Assembly (NCBI GenBank): GCA_044226655.1
Contig: JBGAGO010000004.1
Coordinates: forward strand, 16,644 to 80,643
Reading direction: 5' to 3'
Length of the DNA: 64,000 nucleotides
From: Caulobacterales bacterium
GTDB lineage: Bacteria; Pseudomonadota; Alphaproteobacteria; Caulobacterales; Aquidulcibacteraceae
This document shows, piece after piece, positions 1 to 7,388 of this stretch. How positions within the stretch are numbered: the first letter of the stretch is position 1; the number at the start of each line of letters is the position of its first letter. The position numbers and the translations under genes were made by a program. The notes under the pieces are model-generated. The model saw only the letters and a program-made list of their open reading frames with translations. It searched no databases and was not told the DNA's origin.

Positions 1-1041
1 GCCAACGACATCGATCCTGGCAAAGCTGCAGCCTATGAAAACGCGTTCGGCACGGATCTGTTCGCGCTGGGCGATGTCGGCGCGCTCTCCACAGCTCAAT
101 TGCCCGGGACCGCCGCTTTGGGCTGGGCCTCCTTCCCTTGCCAGGACCTGTCGCTGGCGGGCGGACGCGCCGGCTTCGACGGCGAGCGCTCCGGCGCGTT
201 CTGGGGATTCTGGAAAGTGATCAAAGCGCTGGCGGCGGAGGGCCGCGCGCCGGAGACGCTGGCGCTCGAGAATGTCTGCGGCCTGCTGACCTCGCGCGGC
301 GGCGCCGATTTCACGGCTTTGGTCACCGCGCTCAACGATCTCGGCTATCGCGCGGGCGCGCTCGAAATCGACGCGGCTCTGTTCACGCCGCAATCGCGGC
401 CTCGCGTGTTCGTGATCGCGACGCGCACTGCGCCGCCCGCGGATTTGCTCGCCGATGCGCCGGTCGCGCCGTTTCATTCGCCGGGCCTGATCGCGGCGGT
501 GTCGCGCCTGCCGGAAGACGCGCGCGCGCGCTGGCTGTGGTGGCGCTTGCCGGTTCCGCCCACGCGCAACACCACGCTCGCCGACGTGCTCGACGATGAC
601 GTCGAGTGGGATGCGCCGGAGAAGACGCGCCGCCTGCTCGCGATCATGAATCCGCTGCACCGCGCGCGCGTGCTGGGCCTCAGGCATTCCGGCAAGGTCG
701 AGGTCGGCGCGCTGTTCCGGCGCATCCGCATCGAGGACGGCCGGCGCATCCAGCGCGCCGAGGCGCGTTTCGATGGGCTGGCAGGATGTTTGCGCACGCC
801 CGCGGGCGGTTCGAGCCGGCAGACCTTGATCGTGGTCGAGAAAGACAAAGTGCGCACGCGCCTGATCGCGCCGCGTGAAGCCGCGCGGCTCATGGGCCTG
901 CCCGACAGCTATCCTCTGCCGCGCCAGACGACGGCGGCGCTGCATCTGCTGGGCGATGGCGTGTGCGTGAGCGCGGTGCGCTGGCTGAGCGATCATCTGC
1001 TGGCGCCGCTGGCCGGCGTGCGCGCGCGCGAAGCGGCGTGA
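1..1041 (+). CDS. dcm: DNA (cytosine-5)-methyltransferase, 5' end outside the window
   Basis: Frame 1 is open from base 1 (ANDIDPGKAAAYENAFG...). C5-MTase motifs are present: FPCQDLSLAG (catalytic Cys), ENV, TPQSRPRVFVIA, REAARLMGLPDSY and GDGVCV. Stop is TGA at 1039-1041. Confidence 0.9.
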   Translation, partial: ANDIDPGKAAAYENAFGTDLFALGDVGALSTAQLPGTAALGWASFPCQDLSLAGGRAGFDGERSGAFWGFWKVIKALAAEGRAPETLALENVCGLLTSRGGADFTALVTALNDLGYRAGALEIDAALFTPQSRPRVFVIATRTAPPADLLADAPVAPFHSPGLIAAVSRLPEDARARWLWWRLPVPPTRNTTLADVLDDDVEWDAPEKTRRLLAIMNPLHRARVLGLRHSGKVEVGALFRRIRIEDGRRIQRAEARFDGLAGCLRTPAGGSSRQTLIVVEKDKVRTRLIAPREAARLMGLPDSYPLPRQTTAALHLLGDGVCVSAVRWLSDHLLAPLAGVRAREAA

Positions 1042-1454
1042 CGCGCGCCGACGTCTTTGACGTCGAGCAGCGCGCGGCGGTGATGCGCGCGGTCAAAGGC
1101 GCTGACACCAAGCCTGAATTGAAGGTGCGCCGCATCGTGCGCGGCCTTGGGCTTGGCTATCGGCTCGGCGGCTGGGGTCTGGCGGGCAAGCCCGATCTGG
1201 TGTTTCCGGGGCGGCGCGCCTGCATCTTCGTGCACGGCTGCTTCTGGCACGGCCACGAGTGCAAGCGCGGCGCACGCGTGCCCAAGGACAATAACGCGTA
1301 CTGGGTCGGCAAGATTGCGCGCAATCGCGCGCGGGACGCCGCAGCGTTGAAATCGCTTGCAGAGCAAGGCTGGCATGTTCTTGTCATCTGGGAATGCGAT
1401 ATGAAAGACGAGGCGGCGCTTACGGCGACGCTCGCGCGCTTTCTGAAAAAATAA
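1038..1454 (+). CDS. vsr: very short patch repair endonuclease Vsr
   Basis: Vsr-type sequence (TKPELKVRRIVRGLGLGYRL..., PDLVFPGRRACIFVHGCFWHGHEC, NNAYWVGKIARNRARD, VLVIWEC). The in-frame GTG at 1038 overlaps the dcm stop (GTGA). The track ORF start at 963 lies inside dcm and is less likely. Confidence 0.88.
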   Translation: MTRADVFDVEQRAAVMRAVKGADTKPELKVRRIVRGLGLGYRLGGWGLAGKPDLVFPGRRACIFVHGCFWHGHECKRGARVPKDNNAYWVGKIARNRARDAAALKSLAEQGWHVLVIWECDMKDEAALTATLARFLKK

Positions 1455-1479
1455 CACGCCGCGCGGCGGGGAGGATCAC

Positions 1480-2139
1480 ATGTTCGCAGGCCATTACGCG
1501 CCGGCGTTTGCATCGAAAGCGCTGAAGCACGCGCCCTCGCTCGGCGCCGGCTTCATCGCGGTGCAGCTGATGGATTTCGCCTGGTCGGGCTTCATCCTGA
1601 CGGGCGTCGAACATGCGCGGCTCACGCCTGGCTTTCTGGCGATGAGCGATCTCGATCTCTACGACATGCCCTACACGCATTCGCTGCCCGGCGCGCTGGC
1701 GTGGAGCGTGCTCGGCGCAATCGTCTATCGCCTGATCGACCGGCGCGCCGGCTGGGGCGCGGCGATCACCATCGGCGCGCTGGTGTTTTCGCATTGGATT
1801 CTGGATTTCCTCGTGCACGCGCCGGATCTGCTGCTCTATCCGGGCGGGCCGAAAGTGGGGCTGGGCTGGTGGGGCTCGCCCGCGCTGGCGCTCGGCTCCG
1901 AAATCGGCGTGTTCGTGCTGGGCTTTGCACTCTACATGCGCGCCACGACGGCGAAGAGCGCGGTCGGACGGATCGCGCCCTGGCTGGTCGCCGCGCTGAT
2001 GGCGGGCGCGCTGGCGTTCGACAAGCTGGGGCCGCCGTCGGCGAACATGCAGATGTTCGCGGTGATGGCGCTGATTTCCTATTCGCTGTTCGCCGCGCTT
2101 GGATTCTGGCTCGACGCGGTGCGGGTGAAGCGCGCCTAG
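1480..2139 (+). CDS. polytopic inner-membrane protein, possibly YdjM/DUF457-like metal-dependent hydrolase
   Basis: GGAGG sits 5 nt before the ATG. There are five or six hydrophobic segments and an HWILDFLVHAPD His/Asp-rich motif. The family assignment is by recollection only. Confidence 0.55.
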   Translation: MFAGHYAPAFASKALKHAPSLGAGFIAVQLMDFAWSGFILTGVEHARLTPGFLAMSDLDLYDMPYTHSLPGALAWSVLGAIVYRLIDRRAGWGAAITIGALVFSHWILDFLVHAPDLLLYPGGPKVGLGWWGSPALALGSEIGVFVLGFALYMRATTAKSAVGRIAPWLVAALMAGALAFDKLGPPSANMQMFAVMALISYSLFAALGFWLDAVRVKRA

Positions 2140-3890
2140 GCGGCGCGCTCATCGCGCAGAGGCGGCGCACCGATCACGCGGGCGATTTCATCCATGAACG
2201 CGGTCGCTGCGATCGGCAGAACGATGCAGCCGTCGACGCCGGATTCGAGACACATCGCGGCTTCGGCTTCGCTCTCGACCAGCGCCATCACCGGCGTGCC
2301 CGCGTTCTTGCCGCCCTGACGCAGCAATTCCGCGATCTCGATCGCATCGAAATCCGGCGTGCGCTGATCGGCGATCACCAGATCGAATTGCTCGGCGTGC
2401 AGCGCTTCGAGCGCCTGGCCGCCCTGCGTGACGATTTCGAACGAGGCCGTGGTGGTTTCGAGCACGGCGCCGATGACACGCTGATCTTCGGCGCGCGCAG
2501 CGAGCACGAGAATGCGCGGCCCATCCTGGCGCGGGGCTGGCGCGGCAGGCTGCGCGGCGGCGCGTTCGGCCTCGAGCACGAGCGAGAATTGCGAGCCCTG
2601 CCCCGGCGTGCTCTTCGCGGCGAGCGTTGCGCCCATGAGGCGCGCGAGCTTGGCGCTGATCGACAAGCCGAGCCCTTTGCGCGTCCCTTGCGCGCGGCGA
2701 TCGCCCAGATGCGCCGCGAGATCGGCGCGCGTCATGCCAAGGCCCGTATCGGCGACGGCGAAGCCCAGGCGCACATGGCCGGGCTTGTCGCTCGGCATCG
2801 CTTGCAGGCGCACGCGCACGCCGCCGCTCTGCGTATAGGTGACGCCGTTCGAGATCAGGTTGAACAGGATCTGGCGCACGCGCACGGCGTCGAGCAGCAC
2901 CTCGCCCGGCGCGTTGGCGGCGATGTCGACCAGCAGTTCGAGGCCCTTGTCTTCGGCCTGGATGCGAAACGCGTTTGAGACCGAGCGCACCAGCGCGCGC
3001 GGATCGCATGGCCGTGGGTTGATCGCCAGGCGCCCGCTCTCGATGGCGTCGAGATCGACCAAATCGTCGAGCACGGTGGCCAGGACCTCGCCCGCCTCCA
3101 CCAGCGCATCGACATGAACGCGCGCTTCCGGCGGCAGCGCGGTGCGGCCAAGCGCGTGCGAAGAGCCGGTCAGCGCCGTCATCGGCGTGCGCACCGCGCG
3201 CTTCATCCGTTCGACGAATTCGTTGCGCGCGACGGAGGCCTGCTGCGAAGCGCGCTGCGCCCGCTCCGCCGCCAGACGCGCGCGCCGGTTGGCGTCATCG
3301 CCGCGGCGCAAATCGGCCAGGACATAGCCGCCATGCATGGCGAACAGGCCGACGGACAAGACGATCGCGACATTCGGTTCGAAGCGCCCGCCATTGATGA
3401 AATAGTCCGCGACCGGCAAGGCGATGGCCATCAGCGTGGTGGCGCCGATGCCGGCCATGAAGCACATCATCGAGGCGCGCAACGTCACCACCGCGTTGAA
3501 CGCGGCGGCGGCGAGAAAGAGTGCGGCGATGGTGTCGCCATGGCGCGGCTCCAGAAACCAGGCGAGCGGCGCAAAGCAGGTCCCGATCAGGCTCTGCACG
3601 AAGGTCCAGATGGCGTAGGGCGTCAGCGAGGGCGCGCGCCCCGCCGCCGCAGCGGCCGCGAGACCCGCCGAGACCCGCCCTTCGATCAGGAGCACGGCCA
3701 CGAACACGCCGGCCCAGGCCAGCGGCGCCCAATGTCCTGCGATGACGGCCAGCGTCAGCCCCGACAGCGCGACGCCAATCATTCTGGAGCCGGCATTTTT
3801 TCGGCGCGCCGAGGCCAGCGCCGCGACATCGGTCGCGGGCGCCTCGTCCTCACCCCGTGAGGGGCGGGCTGGCGTCGAATCTGCCCGCAT
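2136..3890 (-). CDS. hybrid sensor histidine kinase / receiver protein with degenerate phosphorelay residues
   Basis: N-terminal multi-TM region. HisKA-like helix (NEFVERMKRAVRTPMTALTG). Intact HATPase boxes (ILFNLISNGVTYT, VADTGLGM, GLGLSIS). C-terminal CheY-like domain (DLVIADQRTPDFDA). The start could alternatively be the internal Met near 3782. Confidence 0.8.
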   Translation of the reverse strand: MRADSTPARPSRGEDEAPATDVAALASARRKNAGSRMIGVALSGLTLAVIAGHWAPLAWAGVFVAVLLIEGRVSAGLAAAAAAGRAPSLTPYAIWTFVQSLIGTCFAPLAWFLEPRHGDTIAALFLAAAAFNAVVTLRASMMCFMAGIGATTLMAIALPVADYFINGGRFEPNVAIVLSVGLFAMHGGYVLADLRRGDDANRRARLAAERAQRASQQASVARNEFVERMKRAVRTPMTALTGSSHALGRTALPPEARVHVDALVEAGEVLATVLDDLVDLDAIESGRLAINPRPCDPRALVRSVSNAFRIQAEDKGLELLVDIAANAPGEVLLDAVRVRQILFNLISNGVTYTQSGGVRVRLQAMPSDKPGHVRLGFAVADTGLGMTRADLAAHLGDRRAQGTRKGLGLSISAKLARLMGATLAAKSTPGQGSQFSLVLEAERAAAQPAAPAPRQDGPRILVLAARAEDQRVIGAVLETTTASFEIVTQGGQALEALHAEQFDLVIADQRTPDFDAIEIAELLRQGGKNAGTPVMALVESEAEAAMCLESGVDGCIVLPIAATAFMDEIARVIGAPPLRDERAA

Positions 3891-4098
3891 GGCCCGCTAT
3901 GAGAGCCTGCCCAATGCTTCCGTGAAGTTAACGTTACTCAAACACCGCCGCCCTCGCGTTTGCGCGGCAAATGGATCAAAACCCCAGGGTGAGCCGTTCT
4001 CGCTCCGCCACGCATTCATCCACCGCTCAGGTTCGGGCGTAGAGGATTGATTGGAAACCGGCTTTTCGCCGGAGGGGTTTCTTTCTCGGAGGGAAGAC

Positions 4099-4752
4099 AT
4101 GTTCAAGAAGATTTTGGCGGCGATTTGCGCCGCCGCGCTGCTCGCGGGCTGCGTCACCGTCGATCCGGTGACGGGCGAACGCGATCCGAACCGCGCAGCC
4201 ACCGGCGCCATCATCGGCGCGCTCGGCGGCGCAGCCGTCGGCACGCTTGGCGGCGGCGATGACCGGCGCAACGCCATCATCGGCGCCGGCATCGGCGCGC
4301 TCGTAGGCGCGGCCGTCGGCGATTACATGGACGATCAGGAGCACACCTTGCGTGCCCGCCTCTCCGGCACCGGCGTGGGCGTGACGCGGGTTTCGGAAAG
4401 CCAGATCCTGCTCAACTTCCCGGCCGACATCACGTTCGATTTCGACCGTGCGGACGTGAAGGGCCAATTCGCGCCGACGATCAGCAATGTCGGCTCGGTC
4501 CTGTCGCAGTATCGGCAGACCACGGTCGACGTCGTCGGCTATGCGGACTCGGTCGGTTCGGATTCCTACAATCAGGCGCTGTCGGAACGGCGCGCCATGT
4601 CGGTGTCGAGCCTGTTGCTCAGCAATGGCGTCATCCGTGAGCGCTTGATCGCGCGCGGCATGGGGGAATCCAATCCCATCGCCTCGAACGAAACGCCGGA
4701 CGGGCGCGCGCGCAATCGCCGTGTCGAGGTCTATATCAGCGCCTTCCAATAA
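4099..4752 (+). CDS. OmpA-family lipoprotein with glycine-zipper region
   Basis: Lipobox (MFKKILAAICAAALLAGC). Gly-zipper (GAIIGALGGAAVGTLGGG). OmpA_C motifs (FDFDRADV, VGYADSVGSDSYNQALSERRA, NRRVEV). GGAGGGAAG lies before the ATG at 4099. Confidence 0.85.
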   Translation: MFKKILAAICAAALLAGCVTVDPVTGERDPNRAATGAIIGALGGAAVGTLGGGDDRRNAIIGAGIGALVGAAVGDYMDDQEHTLRARLSGTGVGVTRVSESQILLNFPADITFDFDRADVKGQFAPTISNVGSVLSQYRQTTVDVVGYADSVGSDSYNQALSERRAMSVSSLLLSNGVIRERLIARGMGESNPIASNETPDGRARNRRVEVYISAFQ

Positions 4753-4879
4753 GGAGCGCGCTCTGCGCATCAGCGGCGCCGGCGGCGAAAGCCTCCGGCG
4801 CCGTTTGCGTTTCATCGCAGCGCGCTTGACGGCCCGCGCCCGCCCCGCGCACCGTCGCCGCGCAAATCTGGGGCGGACG

Positions 4880-5410
4880 ATGATGCGGTTTCTCTCGGCG
4901 CTGATCCTGGCGTTTCTACTCGCGGCGCCCGCGCGCGCCGAGGTCACCGAAGCGACGTCCGATCACATGCTGATCACGCAAATGGTCGAGATCGACGCCT
5001 CGCCCGCGCGCGCCTGGCGGGCGCTCGGCCGCATCGGCAGCTGGTGGAATGGCGAGCACTCCTATTCGGGCGACGCCCGCAACATGACGCTCGATGTGCG
5101 CGCTGGCGGCTGTTTCTGCGAGCGCTGGTCCGGCGGCGAGGTCGAGCATGGACGCGTGATCTACGCATCGCCTGCGCAAGGCATATTGCGCCTCGATGCG
5201 GCTTTGGGGCCGATGCAAGCGCGCGGCATTCACGCCGTGTGGACGTTCACGCTGGTCGCGAACGGGCCATCAACACGCGTGACGATGACCTATCTGGCGC
5301 TCGGCGCCTCGACCTCCACGCTCGATGTTTTCGCGCCCGCCGTGGACGGCGTGCTCGCCGAACAAATGGCGCGCTTCAAACATTTCGTGGAGACAGGAGC
5401 GCCACTCTAG
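4880..5410 (+). CDS. SRPBCC/AHSA1-like domain protein with signal peptide
   Basis: MMRFLSALILAFLLAAPARA signal-like N-terminus, followed by an SRPBCC-type pattern (IDASPARAWRALGRIGSWW...). The upstream part of the track ORF is Arg-rich and unlikely to be coding. Confidence 0.7.
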   Translation: MMRFLSALILAFLLAAPARAEVTEATSDHMLITQMVEIDASPARAWRALGRIGSWWNGEHSYSGDARNMTLDVRAGGCFCERWSGGEVEHGRVIYASPAQGILRLDAALGPMQARGIHAVWTFTLVANGPSTRVTMTYLALGASTSTLDVFAPAVDGVLAEQMARFKHFVETGAPL

Positions 5411-5512
5411 AGCCTTTTCCGTTCCGATGGAATCGGAACGGAAGCTCTAGATTTTTGATTGAGCATCATCTTTCTCGAAGAACCGGCATCCACTTCTTCG
5501 GATGATGCTCTA
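5407..5512. repeat. double-hairpin palindromic intergenic element (Rhizobiales REP-like)
   Basis: Hairpin 1 is ctagagc..ttccgttccgat/atcggaacgg..gctctag (5407-5450). Hairpin 2 is gagcatcatc-N30-gatgatgctc (5461-5510). Its translation (LIEHHL...) resembles the common 'LIEHDLFRKP' repeat artefact of Rhizobiales genomes. Confidence 0.65.
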
Positions 5513-5998
5513 GGCCTCACAGACCTTCTTGAGCGCCGAGAGCTGAAGCATGCCCCAGCCCTGCTCGTAGCCCTCATGCTCGGCGCCGACATCGCCGCCG
5601 ACACGCTCGAAACCGTGATGGAAGAGCTCGACCAGCGCGCCGCCCAGGGCCGGCGTCAGCCGCAGAGTCAAATAGGTCGGCGCCTGCCAGCCGAGATTGG
5701 GAATCCAATCGTTCTCGAACGTGAACGCGCGCGCCGGATCGAATGTGACAATGTCTCCGCCATAGCGCACGCGCGCGCCGTTCATGTTCACCTCCATCTC
5801 GATGCGCCCGCCCACGCGCGGCTCGTACGCCATCAGATATTGGCCGCGGCTCTCGCCCGCTTCCGGCGTTCCAACGACGAGCCCCCACCAGGCATTCATC
5901 GCATCGAAACTCGCAAACGCGCGCCAGACCCTCGCCGGCGGCGCGTTGATGAGGATCGAACGGCGGATTTTGAGGACGCTGGCGTCTGGATTGCTCAT
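5510..5998 (-). CDS. SRPBCC/AHSA1-like domain protein
   Basis: MSNPDASVLKIRRSILINAPPARVWRAFASFDAMNAWWG is a typical Aha1/SRPBCC N-terminus. The start is taken at the internal ATG (5998). Confidence 0.75.
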   Translation of the reverse strand: MSNPDASVLKIRRSILINAPPARVWRAFASFDAMNAWWGLVVGTPEAGESRGQYLMAYEPRVGGRIEMEVNMNGARVRYGGDIVTFDPARAFTFENDWIPNLGWQAPTYLTLRLTPALGGALVELFHHGFERVGGDVGAEHEGYEQGWGMLQLSALKKVCEA

Positions 5999-6079
5999 GG
6001 CGCGCTCCCGCTGAGAGGGCCGAGCTAGCGGCGCGCCGTTCTTCGTCGTCAAGCGCGTTCGCCGTAACGCAAACTTCGC

Positions 6080-6850
6080 TCAGACGAGCCCGTAGGCTTT
6101 CTTTTCCTTGCGCGAAAGCGTGCGCTTGCGCACGGCGTAGACGCCGCGCCGCCCGTAGAGCACGTCCGCGGCCCTATCGCCGCCGAGACCCGCCTGGATC
6201 ACGACATCGACGTAAGGCGCATCCGTTACGCCCTTGCGCATCGTCCCGCCGGGGCCGCGCCGGTCATAATAGGCCAGCGGCCGCGACGCCAATTCCACCT
6301 CGTACCAATTGCCGTCAGCCAGATGGTGAAGCTGGCGGGTGTAGGAGAGTTCGCGCACGCGGTCCGCGCGCTCGCGCACGGCGTCTTCGCGCTCCTCGCG
6401 CTGCGCACGCGCGTAGGAATATCGCTTCGCATTCTTGCGCAGCAGGCCGGTGCGCGGATGCACGTAAAGCGCGCGCCAATCACGATCGAGCGGCTGTTCG
6501 CGGCCCCAGCGGCCCGACGTCATCACGACGCCATCGGCCATGCGCGTGCGCACGGCGACGATGTCCTCGATGTGATCGCGCACGTGCTGCTGCACGGTGG
6601 AGGTCGGCTTCAGATGCGCGGAAATCTCGGCATAGACCTTGTTCCAGGGCCGCTCGGCCTGGCTCATCAGAAAGCGGCGCAGGGGCGCGAGATTTTCGTT
6701 GAGGTTCTTCGTTTTCCAATCGCGCCTTTGCGCGGGGACGCGCGCAGGCAGAGGCGCGCCATCGTCGTCGGTGACGACGCGCGTGCGTCCCCCGCGGGGA
6801 TGCCCGTCCGAATGGCCGTAGCGCGGCCGCTCGACGATGACCTTGGCCAT
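6080..6850 (-). CDS. conserved hypothetical protein
   Basis: Long ORF with coding-like composition (MAKVIVERPRYGHSDGHPRGG...). I recognise no family. Confidence 0.5.
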   Translation of the reverse strand: MAKVIVERPRYGHSDGHPRGGRTRVVTDDDGAPLPARVPAQRRDWKTKNLNENLAPLRRFLMSQAERPWNKVYAEISAHLKPTSTVQQHVRDHIEDIVAVRTRMADGVVMTSGRWGREQPLDRDWRALYVHPRTGLLRKNAKRYSYARAQREEREDAVRERADRVRELSYTRQLHHLADGNWYEVELASRPLAYYDRRGPGGTMRKGVTDAPYVDVVIQAGLGGDRAADVLYGRRGVYAVRKRTLSRKEKKAYGLV

Positions 6851-6920
6851 GTCCTTGCGCATAAGGGCGCGGCTTATGAGCGCGGCGGACTTTGGATGCA
6901 AGTAAAAAGCGCGTTCGCTT

Positions 6921-7379
6921 TCCTCCCCCGTTTACGGGGGAGGTGGCCGCGAAGCGGCCGGAGGGGGGAGCCGCTGCGCAATCGTCAGCCAAACGCCATC
7001 AAGATTCTCATAGATATCCGCGTTGGTGATGCGAAGCACCTGCCACCCTGCGGCTTGAAGAAAGGCCGTGCGCCTTTCGTCATGCGCCAATTGTTCGGGC
7101 GTCCAATGCGTCGCGCCGTCGACCTCGAGTGCAAGCTTGGCGGCGACGCAGGCGAAATCGACAACATAGGGGCCGATCGGATGCTGTCGGCGAAACCTGT
7201 GATGATTGAGCGCGCGCCGCCGCAGATGCGCCCACAGGATCGTCTCCGCGTTCGTCAGCGTGCGACGCAGGCGCCGCGCATGAGGTCTGGAGCGATATTC
7301 GCCCTCCCGCATCGCGTCGGCTCCCCCCTCCGTCTCGCGGCTTCGCCGCGATCCACCTCCCCCGTAAACGGGGGAGGAG
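6921..7379. repeat. composite palindromic element enclosing a DUF559 gene (filled copy 1)
   Basis: The left arm (6921-6972) is tcctcccccgtttacgggggaggtgg-ccgcgaagcggc-cggaggggggagcc. The right arm (7319-7379) is its near-perfect inverted copy. Confidence 0.75.
6932..7312 (-). CDS. DUF559 (Vsr-like PD-(D/E)xK) endonuclease domain protein
   Basis: FRRQHPIGPYVVDFACVAAKLALEVDGATH...GWQVLRITNADI is the DUF559 signature. The C-terminal PPPAASRPPPP is encoded by the repeat arm. Confidence 0.85.
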   Translation of the reverse strand: MREGEYRSRPHARRLRRTLTNAETILWAHLRRRALNHHRFRRQHPIGPYVVDFACVAAKLALEVDGATHWTPEQLAHDERRTAFLQAAGWQVLRITNADIYENLDGVWLTIAQRLPPPAASRPPPP

Positions 7380-7388
7380 CAAGGCCCT

